From Chiloscyllium plagiosum (Eukaryota): DNA of 51,025 nucleotides. Below are positions 24,500 to 37,290 of the stretch, piece by piece (the stretch's first letter is position 1; each line of letters starts with the position of its first letter). Below the pieces are notes generated by a model that made no database searches, was not told the origin of the DNA, and worked only from the letters and a program-made list of their open reading frames with translations. Where the stretch lies: contig NC_057718.1 in assembly GCF_004010195.1 (NCBI RefSeq), forward strand, positions 69,851,402-69,902,426, in the 5' to 3' direction. The position numbers were made by a program, and so were the translations under genes.

Positions 24500-27250
24500 T
24501 GTGTACCTGGTAGATTCACCTTATCACTTGGAACAAACAACATTCCATGTTAACTGTGACTGGACATGATCGATGAGAAGCTGCCAATCTATCATAACCA
24601 TCCTGGCACTTATACTATTCACTGTCAGTGCAAACTAGAAGTACAGATTTGCATTGCACTGCAGGACACACCAGCAACTGGCTTTGAAAGGCAACGGTAG
24701 GAACACATTGAGCCCAGGGCCAGGTACCCAGTTTGCAGACCGGACTGGGCTGTTCTCTAGGAGTGCTCACTTGCTTTCTTTATGCTTATCATTTAGCTCA
24801 TCTGAATGTTCATACCGTCCCTGTTTTACCTTGCCTTACTGTTCCAATTAGCATAGTCACAGAAACAGGCTGCTGGTCTTACTTCTAAGCAATGTCCAGT
24901 CCAGGAGGCTCACACCTTCTTGCAGGGGGTTATACATGTTCTCCACGTGCCAGGATCTAATGTAGCAACACACTGTCTGTGCACCAGCAAGTAGTAATGT
25001 CTCAAAGTCTTAACAGAGTAGTTCTAACTGAAGTCTGTCTAGGCACCTATCAGTCAGGGGATCCCAGCACAGTATGTCAAGGGATGTCTATTATACCAGC
25101 TCAAGGAATTGGCCATGTTCAGGTGTCTGGTCAGGGTTTTATCAGTCAGAGGTCTGTGCCTCTGCAGTCCAGGGAGTGGGTCATGGCCATTGCATCTCCT
25201 CCATTGTAGTCAGTCTGTGGGGATGAGGGGCTATTTGATTCAAGAAGATGGCATAGGAGCCAATCATTGTGGACATATGTCTACAGTCCAGTAATGTTGG
25301 TCAATGGGGAGAAACACAGTCTGTCTGATGGACCATCCCACAGAAGTTGAGGAAAAAGGAGTGAGTAAATGCAGCCATGGCTGCAGGAATGAGGATTGAG
25401 CAAGTTAGTTTTCAACACTGGAGGCTCTGGGCTCTGATCAGTACAATTGCAGAGTGTGAGTTAGGTGGGCATGGGGATATATGGTTGGAAGAGGGTGATG
25501 ATGTTGGAGGAGTGATCATCAAAGGTCACAAGCATCAAGGTGGAGGTGGGGGTGGGAGTTCCAAATGCGGAATAGTCACCTCATATGCCAAGAGAGGGAA
25601 TGGTTAAGAAAGGCTGGTGTTTGCAGAAGTGGAGTTTAGATCAGAGTAGTGCTGGAAAAGTACAGCAGGTCAGGCCGCATCTGAGGAGCAGGAAAATTGA
25701 CGTTTCGGGCAAAAGCCCTCATCAGGAATAGGTTTGCATAAGTAGGTTGGATGGAGTATTGGTGAAGTATGAAGCCTGTGCAGTTAATGGTATGAGTTGC
25801 TAAGAAAGGAATATGGATTTTTGGATGCTCAAGAGCAAGTTCAGGCTGAAGCTGTTAGCCATAGGCAGAGGAGAGCTCATTGTTAGCTTCCGTTCTGCCG
25901 GAAATCAAAAGTGCAGAATAGGGAAAAAGGACTCTTTGCACACTTGGATGGTGGCTTAAGTGACTCAAGTTGTGAGGGTGAGGTCTGCAACAAACAATGA
26001 TCATTGAGTCTTTTAAAGAGAAGGAAAGTAGGTCACTCACCCATGTAATGTACAGAACACAGACACACAGGCTGCCTACTCATTGGCACAAATGTGTCAA
26101 TCAGAAATGTACACTTATAGACACAAACACATGTCACTCGGAGATGTACATACAAACAATCCTAAGCATTGACCCCATCCGTATACTGAACGTCTCTGAC
26201 ACCACCATTGCTGGACAACTCTTTGACAGCGAGACCTTTGAGTACAGAGGGAACCAAAGATGAGGGATGTTTGAAAAGGTGGGACAAAGTTATCTTCATA
26301 ACTCAATGCCATGTGTGCATATTGTTCCCCTTGCTTCCAGATCACGCAGTAGGCTCTCCGTGCAGACCTCCGTCTATGGAGCCTCATTTGTGGCCATGAG
26401 GTGGATGATGTGAAGATGTGTTTAATGCCTATGCACAGACTCACAAACCCACGACAGGTACTATCATTTACATAAACAATAACAGTCAAGTGCAAGCCTT
26501 GTCATTTACACAAAAATGCTTTCAGTAGCTTTCTTTAGCCTCCTCTTCCCACTAGTGTAGTCCATGATTCTATTGCTGGGAGGGAGCCTGCTCAGAAATG
26601 GAGCCTATTGGCTCTGGAAGTTTGGTTGTGCATAAAGCTTAGAGAGGAGCCTGCAGGGTGGAGATGGAGAACCTTGCCACCTCTGCAGTGTCCTGAGTGG
26701 AAGGTACAAAGATGCTTGTTTCAGGTGGGTGTTTTCTGGTGCTCTCCCATCTCCTTGTAAGGAACGGGGACCTGAACGAGGGTCAAGGCTCCCTGCTACC
26801 CTGCCACCAGGGTCCTGTGGATCAATGAGTGGAATGATCAAGTGCACCTGCCCAGCAGCCCCCTGCGAGTGCTGGGCCTGGCTTTCCATAACAGCCACCA
26901 ATCTGCAAGCAGCCAGAAAGTCTCAGGATACCTTGTACCAATGAAGCATTTGGGCAATGAAGGCAACTGGGTCCCATAGGCCTTTCTAATACTCCTGTTC
27001 CTTGTGCTTTTGGATGAAATCCTCGTTTTCTGACACCACAGGGTATTAACCTGGGACCTGAGATGTGCAGCCCTCCGAATGCCAACTATCTAGGTCTTTT
27101 CACCCTTGGCCAGCTGATGTCTACGTTTCTGCTGAGGTGTCAGCATTCTACTGGAGGGTGGCACAGGAGGAGAGTTTGCTGAGGTTTCCTCTGAGCACTC
27201 TTTCTCTCATCCTCAGAGGTTAAGGATAGCACTTTTGCTGGAGCTGAGCA
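24500..27250. mobile_element. Possible highly decayed PIF/Harbinger DNA transposon
   Basis: Weak plus-strand traces (FH..N..CD, HPG, QGIG..MFRCL) resembling Harbinger transposase motifs; GC-richer coding-like segment at 26580-27200. Confidence 0.3.
25631..25731 (-). mobile_element. Penelope-related short insertion with hammerhead core and 12-bp TSD
   Basis: TSD GTTTGCAGAAGT (25619-25630) and GTTTGCATAAGT (25732-25743); minus strand CTGATGA-GGGC-TTTT-GCCC-GAAACGTC at 25699-25725. Confidence 0.82.
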
Positions 27251-28315
27251 TGTCACTGTGCAGGTCAAGGGCAGGCTAGTGGAACTTGTGAGAAAAGAGA
27301 GAAGACATTGTGTATTGTAGGTCCAAAAAGATGATAAAATAAGTCAGAAGAACTGAGTTGTATAACAGCAAAATGATTCAGTAAGGTCCCATGTACTGTG
27401 CCCCTAGATTCCAGAACAATCCAAGGAGACAGAAAAACAAACGTTGACCAAGAAGATTCTGTTTGGCTGAAGATGCCCCATTTCCCTGAAAAAGGATGAG
27501 AAGCCCAATAAATAAAATAGAGAGAAAATAATGGGAAAGAGGCTAAATCACAGCCTACCAAATCAAAAAGAAGTCAAGATGGAACACAATGACAGTCCAG
27601 AAATCTGGACAAACTAAACTATTTCAAGTTTGGCAGAGGTTGGAAATAGGTCAGAGATCCTGCATGGGGTGAGAATAAGGTAATTCAGGAACAGCTCCCT
27701 GGGTTTAAAAAGGCTAAAATTAGGCCAACACAATAAAAAGTGCCAGGAAGGGACTGATGGTTTTCAAAAGAATAAAGGGAATGAGCCAGACCTCATGCTG
27801 GCAAGAACCACATTAGCTAAACCATATGGGAAACAAGGCCATTTCTGTGCAGCGAACATCATCATGAAATAACTGCTTCACTCACTTAACAAGCAATACA
27901 GCAAAGCAGTGATGCTGGCCAACAGCCTGAGAGCCAGGATGTCTCAAAGGATATGGAACCAAATCCAGACCAACCTAACCTTACAATAATAAATTTAGTG
28001 AAGTTATTACCACCCCCGAGCAAGACTGGACTTGCAACCACCCAAAGGCAGTGCAAAAGATATTGAAAGTTCTTACGTGACACTTAGTTAACGAGCCGGG
28101 GGAAGTTAACAGAAGGAGTAACAGAAGTTGGAGGAAAGGCAATGAAATAGTTACTTTTGAAAACTTTCCACACACGGTTAAATCAAGTCACAGCAAAGTT
28201 CCCAGACCCAGGTGGTAACTTTTAAAAAGGGAACCTATAGACCTGCTGAATAAATAGAAGGACTGGCTAACTAACCTTATTTTTCACATTTATTGGGAGA
28301 TCAGTGAGGTTTCTA

Positions 28316-28475
28316 GAGATGTGCAGGCTAGGTAGATTAACCATGGTAAAATGTGGGTTATGGGTATAGGGTGATGGCTGAGTTAGGGTGGTATCCTTTT
28401 TGGAGGATCAGTACAGACTTCATGGGTTGAATAGCCTCTTTCCGCATTGTAGGAATTCTATGATCCTATGATAAC
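28316..28475 (+). mobile_element. HE1-like SINE 3' half
   Basis: AGATGTGCAGGCTAGGTAGATT...TTGTAGGAATTCTATGA. Confidence 0.75.
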
Positions 28476-28899
28476 AGGGATACAGAAAGGTCCCAAGTCA
28501 GCCCAGAAACCTTAAAAGGAGTGAGGCCAGCACCTCTGATGGATGATGTCTACCTGGCCAACGCCATCACTCTGGCCTTAGATGGAGTGTAGTGAAGACC
28601 CCAGAAAGACATACAGATGGTAAGGAAGGTGCCTGTTCTACATGATGAGCTCCAGGGCAGTGCAGCAGAAGTTGGACAATCACCTGATGGCAGTTGTTTG
28701 CCCAAACATATTGGAACAGGTTGAGAAGCATCCACCTCCCCAAGGGAAGAGATCAGGGAAAGCCCACCGCACTTTGAATCACCTATTTAAACAGAATCGG
28801 TGTAGCATTCACCAGAACTTAAAAGTCCAAGAACACCTACAAAGTTGAAAGGGAGGGTTCTCAAATGTTGTTCAAACCCAAAGCAAAGTCAACTGCAGA

Positions 28900-29750
28900 G
28901 AGTATGTCAGGTATGGAAGATAAGCACCAAGAATTAGTGGAGGGGGGAGTAGAAGAGACTTTGCTGGTTGAGCCTTAAGATTAAATTTAAATGCCCAGTT
29001 AGTACTCCTGACCAAAAATAGTAAAAATAAATTTAAAGAGATCCACTTGGGTGTACTTCATTTTCAATCCCTGATAACAACATGGGAGAATCTCCCACCA
29101 ATAAATCCAAAGGCCTCCCAAATGAGTTCCAACAAGTTAGTCCAGCTCGCACAGGACATCGGCTCTATGCTGGCCTCCAATACCTTTAGCTCAAGAGCAG
29201 CTGGAGATTCCCCAATGCAGTAGTCCCAGAGTTGGACAAATTACCATGGTTCCAGGGATGAAAGGGTATGGGGAGAAAGAAGGTAACAGGACACTGAGTT
29301 GGATGACCAGTTATGATCATATTGAATGGCGGAGTTGGCTTAGAGGACCAAATGGCCAACTTCTGCTCCTATTTTCTGTTTCTCCACATTACTAACTGGC
29401 AAGTAAAGTCCAGAACCCATTAACAATTCACAGATTGAAGTGCGAAGACAAGGTAGATTACTCAAACTACCCCAATAATACTGATCAGTTTGAAAATAGA
29501 GTGCTAGGAAGACCCATGACCCCAGAGTGAAAGAAACCTCAGCTTTGTCATCCTGAATTGGCTATTCCAAAGTACAGTTAAAGCCTTCGGACTTCACAAT
29601 GCCCCAGCAACGTTCAACATTTCAGAGGTTAACAACAGCTGGACTCAGCAATTGAAAATTTTCAGCACTATGAAATAAATAACAGAGGTTGAAAGCAATG
29701 AAGTGTTGAGAGGCTGCTTTCAAAAGTTGAAAATCAATCTGTTGCACATG
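28900..29750 (+). mobile_element. Decayed Gypsy pol (RT) remnant
   Basis: Frameshifted SAFV...LFQ...FGLHNAPATF at about 29540-29615; contains a CR1 3' UTR piece at about 29255-29385. Confidence 0.6.
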
Positions 29751-31166
29751 GACTACAACACTTTTTGACAATTCCTAGAAAAGAGCAAAACAATCAATGT
29801 TAGATGCTCATTTGCTGTTGTAGCCTTTTAACCCGAGAAAAGTAACTCATTTACGTTCACTGACATCCTGCCTCATGTGTAAATCCCTCAAAATGCAATG
29901 GACATTGCACATGGTAGCAGTGTGCTTGACAGTTCAGAGTAACTGAGAGAATGAAAATGCAGCATGTATTTCTTTTCCCCTGGCTGCTGCAGGAATGTCG
30001 TGCCCAGAAGACAGGAAAAGAGAGATTTTTATTATTTCAAGAATTATATTCACTTGTCTTTAAAAAAAAACTAGACTCCTTCTGCCATTAAAATGTCTGC
30101 TACTGACCACAGAATGTATTTTCCAGAACTTTGAACTGAAAAACTTAACTCATATTATCTGTGGAATGTCACATCTCCCATTTCTCTGAAAATTCCAATC
30201 AAACCGCACAAAGTCGTCTCTGCCACCCAGAAGGGTTTAAAGACTATTAAAACTAGTTATTTTGGAAATGGCATTTCCAATTTCTCAGTTATTTTCTACA
30301 GCACACAATGTGTTTAGGTAAGGGGTCATCAAAGCAATCTTGTTCACTAAGGTAACTCAACCTGAAACCCTAATCATACAACTGTAACTGCTGATCTTTG
30401 TTATACAGTTTTGATTTCTGTCCTCACTGTACATGTAACATCAAACAAGAAAATAAAAGCAGCCCCATTCATAGCTAACTCACGTCTCTGGTCTCAATCT
30501 CTCTTAAAAATCTGATTTCTGGGAAGAATCCCATATTCCACCTCGCCAATGAACAATTCCTATTTTGCAATCATTATACCTGCAATAGTAATTTATTTGA
30601 ACATGAGCTCTGAAAAAAGGGACTGACAATGGAAAGAACTTCCACTAGACACTGACTTGCTGGACTCTAATTCATGTGAACTGTAATAGCAAAATTATTG
30701 ATTTTAAGTAATTAAGTCATGGTTCACAGGGTTAGGACACTGGAATTCAAGCCCTGTTATTCCCTGAGCTTTCGCAACAGTTAAAGTTTTTAAAAAGTAA
30801 ATATATAAAATCCCCAAGAGCTACCTGATTTTCAGAGCCAGCTTGACAAAAACCACAGAGTACTCAACAAAAAAAAAATCATTAGATTACAGCTACAGGT
30901 AAACAATTGAGCCAAATAAACTTTCGTTAGGACTCAAAGCCCGTTATAAACTCTTGCTCACACATATACAAACAGATAAACATAAACAGGAAAATAAACA
31001 CGTAGACAGAGGGAAGATTGGGAAAACAGTTCAGGGTCATTGTTCACAAAATCTCTTGTATTGGTTCTTGCAGATCCAAAAGATTGTCCTCGTCCTTCCT
31101 TTTTCCACTGATATACAAGAGGCACAGGGTAGCTGTTTCACCTCTTGTAAGATCTGTGACTTACCT

Positions 31167-31427
31167 TAGATTAGATTCCCTACAGTGTGGAAACAGGTCC
31201 TTCGTCCCAACAAGTCCACACCAATCCTCTGATAAATGCACCCAACACAATGGGCAATTTAGCGTGGCCAATTCACCTGACCTGCACATCTTTGGACTGT
31301 GGGAGGAAATCCATGCGGACATGGGGAGAATGTGCGAACTCCACACAGTCACCCGAGGCTGGAATCAAACCTGGGTCCCTGGCGCTGTGAGGTAGCAGTA
31401 TTAACCACTGAGCCACCGTGCTGCCCA
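31167..31427 (-). mobile_element. tRNA-derived SINE (HE1-like) with 6-bp TSD
   Basis: A box complement CCACTGAGCCA near 31405; TTACCT at 31161-31166 and 31428-31433. Confidence 0.9.
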
Positions 31428-31844
31428 TTACCTAACTGAAAGTCCTAATTCAAAGTCAAGATTATTCGACCCAAGAGGTTAACTCTGTTTCCATATCCCT
31501 CTATTACTTGTGTATCATACAATTATCTTAAAGTCGCTAAAATGACCCAATCATATCTGCCTCCACCATCACACCGGGTAGCGCGTTCCAGATTCCTACC
31601 AATTCCTGTGGAAAAAAAAACTTGCCCCTCACATCTCCTTTGTACTTTTCCCCTCTCACCTTAATTGCATGCCTCTAGTATGAGACATTTCAATTCTGGG
31701 AAAAATATTCTGACCATCAACCCCATCTATGTATCTCATAATTTTATGGACTTCTATTAATTCTCCCTTTAGTGTCTGCCACTCCAGAGAAAACAACTTG
31801 AGCTTTTCTAGCCTCTCCTTATTGCTCATACCTTCTAATCCAGA

Positions 31845-31930
31845 GTGTGGAGGAGCCGGTGTTGGACTGGGGTGGACAAAGTCAAAAGTCTCACAACACC
31901 AGGTTAAGTCCATTGTGTGATTTTTAACAA
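31845..31930. mobile_element. Short Penelope terminal-repeat insertion with 10-bp TSD
   Basis: CTAATCCAGA at 31835-31844 and 31931-31940; internal inversion (TCACAAC / TTGTGTGA); related to 35570-35640. Confidence 0.75.
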
Positions 31931-33044
31931 CTAATCCAGACATTATTTTGGTAAACCTTTTCTGCATCCTTTCCAAAGATTCCACATCCTTCCTGTAAGG
32001 TGGCGACTAGAATTGAATGCTATACTCTGTGTGTGGCCTAGCCAAAATCTTATAAAACTGCGACATGACATCTTGACTCTTGTACTCAATTCTCCAACCA
32101 ATGAAGACAAGCTTGCCATAAGATTCTTTACCACCCCATCTACTTGTGTGGCCACTTTCGGGGCACTATGGACTTGAACCCCAAGATCCTTCTGTATATC
32201 AATACTGTTCACTATTCTGTCATTAACTGTATACTTTTCCTTAACGTAGGCTCTCCTAAAGCGCATCATCTCACAATTAATCAGATCTGCTATTAATCTC
32301 TATCTGCTATTTCTCCGCTCAAATCTGCAACTGATCCATATCCTGCTATATCCTTTGACAATCTTCTACATTATCCACAACTCCACTGATCTTTGTATCA
32401 TCTGCAAACTTACTAACCCACCCTTCTACATTTTCAAAAAAGTCATTTATATATATCACAAATAGCAGAGGCCCCAGTATGGATCCCTGTGGAACACCAC
32501 TAGTCATGGACCTCCAGTCTGAAAAACAACTTCTACCATACCCTTTGCCTCCTATGGGCAAGCCAATTCTGATGCCACATGGTCAAGTCACCATGGATCC
32601 CATGTATCTTAATCTGTTGAATGAGCCTACCATAAGGGACCTTGTCAACAGCTTTACTATAAGCCATGTAAACAACATCCACTGCTCTACCCTCATTGAT
32701 CACCTTCATCACCTCTTGAAAAATTCATTCATGTTATTAAGACATGACCTGCCCTGCACGAAGCTCATGCTGACTGTCCTTAATTAGGCCATGCTTTTCC
32801 ATATGTATATAGATTCTACTCCTAAGAATTCTCTCCAATTGCTCTCAACCATTGATGTGAGACTCACCAGTCTACAGTTTCCTGGTTAATCCCTATTTCC
32901 CTTCTTGAACAGAAGAAAAACATTAGCTACTTGGTAATCTTCCGGGACCTCTCCAGTGGCTAGTGGGGATACAAAGATCTTGGTCAAGGCCCCAGCAATC
33001 TCCTCTGTTGCCTCTCTCAATGACCTGGGATAGATACCATCAGG

Positions 33045-33260
33045 GAGAAAGTGAGGTCTGCAGATGCTGGAGATCAAAGTTGAAACTTTATTGCTGGAAC
33101 AGCACAGCAGGTCAGGCAGCATCCAGGGAACAGGAGATTCGACGTTTCGGGCACAGGCCGAAAGAAGGGCCTGAAGAAGGGCCTGTGCCCGAAACGTCGA
33201 ATCTCCTGTTCCCTGGATGCTGCCTGACCTGCTGTGCTGTTCCAGCAATAAAGTTTCAAC
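33045..33260. mobile_element. Fold-back Penelope-related element: perfect 81-bp inverted arms, 15-bp TSD
   Basis: Arms 33079-33159 and 33180-33260; TSD ATAGATACCATCAGG at 33030-33044 and 33261-33275. Confidence 0.92.
33171..33198 (+). ncRNA. Minimal hammerhead ribozyme core
   Basis: CTGAAGA-A-GGGC-CTGT-GCCC-GAAACGTC. Confidence 0.65.
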
Positions 33261-33379
33261 ATAGATACCATCAGGCTCTAGGGACTTATCCACCTTGATG
33301 CTCTTCAAGAGATCCAACACCACTTCTTTCTTGATCTCAAATGCTCTAGCATATTAGCATGCTCCATCTGTGAAACATT

Positions 33380-34235
33380 TTACTTATTCCTACATTTACA
33401 TTTGGGACAATGTATCTGTAACTACATTATCTTTAGTCACCATATAAATATCTCTACATTCAATGGTTACAACAGAATATTCCATCTGAATAGTAACACA
33501 GTCTGACTTTTGAACTGTTCCATGAAGGTAAGTGGATTACAATCAGTATGCAATTAGTGTTAGATTTTATCATGCCAGACATAAATTTCAAAATGTTGAA
33601 AACCTAATAACAATCCCAACATTTATTTTCCTATGGTAACATGCTTCTTTTGATACTGCTTTAATTTCTGAAGGAGTACTCCATTGGGTTATCTATTCCT
33701 TACTCAACATCCCGTAACAAAACTCCACACATCCCTAAGTCACTGGCTAAATTAGTATTTTGAAAGGTCTGGAAAAATCAAGATCAGTCATATTGGTTCA
33801 TTTATTAAGATGGTCTTCAGTTTCTAAAAGGCTACTTGGCATTATGCTGACCATATCACTTTTGCTTGTTTTTTAAAAGAAGTTTATTAAAGGTACAGCT
33901 ATCATACTGAAATTATACACAAATTTCTGATAAAATCCTAATGCAACCCTAAAACCTCATGAATTCATCCTTGGTGTTAGGAAAAGGGAATTCTATAGAG
34001 CCTTCACCTTTGCTGTCCTTGCCAACACTTGTCCTTGTACCAGATATGTCCCAGATAAGTCATCCTTATTTTACCATGTTCACATTTAGCTAAATATATC
34101 ATCAAAAGCAGCCAACTGCTTAAACAGATCTTCAATTTGCCTTATATCTGGTTCCATGTATCACTTTAAGCTAAAACATCATCCAAATAAAGTACTCAGT
34201 TACAAACGCCAGGTAAGCCTTTGGAATGTTGCACC
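33380..34235 (-). mobile_element. Decayed Gypsy RT/connection remnant
   Basis: Minus strand YLGH...GQVLARTAKVKAL.EFPFPNTKDEFMRF...GFYQKFVYNFS at about 33880-34075. Confidence 0.7.
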
Positions 34236-34239
34236 ATGT

Positions 34240-35640
34240 CCTGAGTGTCCTTGACTGCTGAAGTGCTCCCCCACTGGGAGGGAACATTCCTATATGGCAA
34301 TTGTTCCACAGTGTCCATTCATCCGTTGTTCTATCGTCTGCTTGGTTTTGCCGATATGCCTTGCCTCAGGGCAACCTTCCCTGCAGCGTATGAGATAGAC
34401 AATGTTGGTCAAGTCACATGAGTACCTGCCACGCACATGGTGGGTGGTGTTCCCATATGTAATGGTGGTATCCATGTCGACACTCTGGCATATCCTACAA
34501 TGGTTACCATGACAGGGTTATGTGGTGTTGTCCTGAAGGCTGGGTAGTTTGTTGCGAACAATGGTCTGTTTAAGGTTTGGTGATTGTTTGGAGGCCAGAT
34601 GTGGACACTTTGGGAAGATCTTGGCGAGGTGCTCATCCTCATCGATAATGTGTTGTAGGCTGCGAAGAATATGGGGTGGTTGGTCCGCTCCTGGGAAGTA
34701 CTGGACAATGAAGGGTACCCTATCGGTTGCATCCTATGTCTGTCTCCTGAGGAGGTCATTATGATTTCTTGCTGTGACACATCAGAACTAGCGATCGATG
34801 AGTTCAGCATTGCATCCTGTTCTTATGAGGGTGTCCTTCAGCACCTTCAGGTGTCCATTACATTCCCCTTCATCTGAACAGATCCAGTGTATGGGGATGG
34901 TTGTTTTAATATGTTTAGGGTGGAAACTAGTGAAGTGTAGCATCGTGTGGTTATACATAGGCTTGCGGTAGTGTGAGGTACTGAGGTGACCATCCTTGAT
35001 GGAGATACATGTGTCCAAGAAAGAAACTGATTCTAAAGAGTAGTCCATGTAAATCTGATGGTGAGATGAAACTTGTTTATATCACTGTGTAGTTGTTTCA
35101 GTGACTCCTCGCCATGAATCCAGAGGAAGAAAACATCATCAACATATGTGGTGTAGAGTGTTGGTTGGAGGTTCTGTACAGAAAAGAAGTCTTGTTTGAA
35201 CTTGTGCATGAAAATGTTGGCATATTGGGGTGCAAATCTGGTCCCCATGGCTGTCTTGTGTTTCTGGATAAAGAACTGGTTGTCAAAGGTGAAGATGTTG
35301 TGGCCGAGGATGAGTTATAGGATGGTGCCTGGAGATCGGCAGTTGTTGGTATTGAGTACTGAGGATGTTGCAGCGAAGCCATCATCATGGGGGATGCTTG
35401 TGTCGAGTGCTGAAACATCCATTGATGTTCCTAGTTCAACTGGTCTGTGGGTGCTGAGTTTCTGTAAGAAATCTGTAGTGTCCCGACAGAAGTTGGGGAT
35501 CTCCTGTACAATGGGTTTCAAGATGCCTTTGACATACTATAAATTCTGTGTCCTATGATCCTGCTCCACAGTGCTCCGAAAGCTTATACCCTCAAATCAA
35601 CCTGTTGGACTGTAACCTGGCGTTGTGTGATTTTTAACAT
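34240..35640 (-). mobile_element. Penelope-like element RT and GIY-YIG fragment
   Basis: RDTTDFLQKL, MDVSALDTSIPH, MGTRFAPQYANIFM, YVDDVFFLW, FLDTCI, NIVYLIRC...HIGKT...RMNGH; a terminal-repeat piece at 35570-35640. Confidence 0.93.
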
Positions 35641-35659
35641 TTTCTACACAGGCAATTTA

Positions 35660-35900
35660 CAGCCTTTGGAGACTTTGAAGTCTTTGGAGCAAGGCATCAT
35701 CTTCCAGTGATAAAGTCCATATGCCTTTCCCACTATCTGCATGAAAAAAGATGGAAAGCTGAGGATCTATGGTGACTTCTGAGTACTCAACACAAAAGGC
35801 TCATAAGGTTGTTTACTCTCTATCACGACAGAGAAAGCATTGCAAGCTCTCAAAGATGCAAAGTATTTCTGTAAGTCTTGATTCGGCCCACAGTTTATAA
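35660..35900 (+). mobile_element. Gypsy RT N-terminal remnant
   Basis: LEQGII...SPYAFP..MKKDGKLRIYGDF*VLN and ALQALKDAKYF. Confidence 0.7.
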
Positions 35901-35939
35901 CTAGCTGCCTACCACTTGACAGACTATGTAAACACAACA

Positions 35940-36350
35940 GACAATGCAAAAATTGGGAAGGTGGTAAATAGTGAAGAAGATAACCTTAGACTACAAGAGG
36001 AACTAGATAGGCTGGTCAGGTGGATTGATTAGTGACAAATGGAATTCAATCCCAATAAATGTGAGGTGATGCACATGTGCAGTACAAATGAGGGAAGAGA
36101 ATACAGGCTACACGATGTACAGTAGAACTGTGAGAAACACCATGGATCAGAGGTATCTAGGTTTGTATATACACTGGTTCCTTAAGATATCACAGTATGT
36201 GGATATTTGGTTAAGAAGGTATATGGTATACTTGCTTTTCCTAGTTGAGGCAGAGAGTTTAAGAGTAGGGAGGTTACGCTGGATCTATATGAAATGTTGG
36301 TTCGGCCACAGCTAGCTCATTGCATGTAACTCTAGAATCCACAGTATAGA
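35940..36350 (+). mobile_element. CR1 RT fragment
   Basis: LQEELDRLVRW...QMEFNPNKCEVMH. Confidence 0.82.
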
Positions 36351-36501
36351 ACGGTCCAAAGAAGGAGGGAACTACATGGATTGGTTGATCAAGCAGATTA
36401 TTAATTTCTGGTCAAGATGATGGTGGAGTAGAGTGCACCAACCAGAACTCGACCATTCCTTCTATTTCCTTCTCTTTTCTTCCCCCTTCAGTGTGTCAGT
36501 G

Positions 36502-37000
36502 GCTCTCAGCCTGGATCTCTCTGCAGAATGACAGCTCTCAGTCTGGGTCTCTTGGCAGAATGACAGCTCTCAGCCTGGGTCTCTCTGCAGAATGACAGCT
36601 CTCAGTCTGGGTCTCTATGCAGAATGACAGCTCTCAGTCTGGGTCTCTCGGCAGAATGACAGCTCTCAGTCTGGTCTCTCGGCAGCTTGGCGGCTCTCAA
36701 CTTGGTCTCTCAGTGGCTCATCGTGGCTCTCAGCCTGATTCTCGATGGCTCATGGTAGCTCTCAACCAGGTCTCTCAACAGCATGGCAGCTCTCAGCCTG
36801 TCTCTCATCGGTTTGTGGTGGATCATGTCCTGGTCTCTTGGTGGCTGCTGGCAGGTCCCGGCCTGATCTCTTGGCAGTATGTCAGCTGGTGTCTTAGTGG
36901 TGTGTGGCAGCTCAGTCCATTCTCCCGGCACCTCATGGTGGCTCTCAGCCTGGTCTCTCGGCAGCTCATGGCAGGTTCCGGCCTAGTCTCTTGGTGGCGG
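36502..37000 (+). repeat. 32-bp minisatellite grading into degenerate units
   Basis: GCTCTCAGYCTGGGTCTCTNNGCAGAATGACA starting at 36502, 36534, 36566, 36598, 36630 and 36662. Confidence 0.92.
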
Positions 37001-37290
37001 TATTTTGGCTTGGTGAGTGAGTGGATTGTGTCCAGGCATGTTTCTGAGGCAACGGGGAGATCAGAGAGCCGGCAATTCCTGCAGCAGTTATGGTATCTGT
37101 TACGATGATCTTGAGAACAGACATCAGAGTATGATAAGTGGACTCATCCAAGACTGTTGAACTTATAACTTATTCCTTTATTTTTCTAGTTTAATGTATG
37201 AAATACTTTAATGTTAACTATTACCTATTTCTTTTTTTTTAACTATTCTATGAAATAATCCTTAACTTTTTAACTATTGTTTCTCTTACT

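Larger units (their letters stand above)
31500..33365 (-). mobile_element. CR1 LINE RT region, decayed, with two short insertions
   Basis: [45 protein letters not shown]. Confidence 0.93.

Noticed and set aside
32886..33323. Overlapping ORFs on both strands with identical peptide
   Set aside because: Direct consequence of the 81-bp palindrome inserted in a CR1
33460..33535. AAG|GTAAGT donor suggesting a plus-strand exon
   Set aside because: Upstream frames are closed, and the site lies next to or within a minus-strand Gypsy remnant
36502..37108. CRISPR-like array or 163-aa protein
   Set aside because: Head-to-tail units without unique spacers, eukaryotic context, no cas genes; the ORF is a by-product of the repeat
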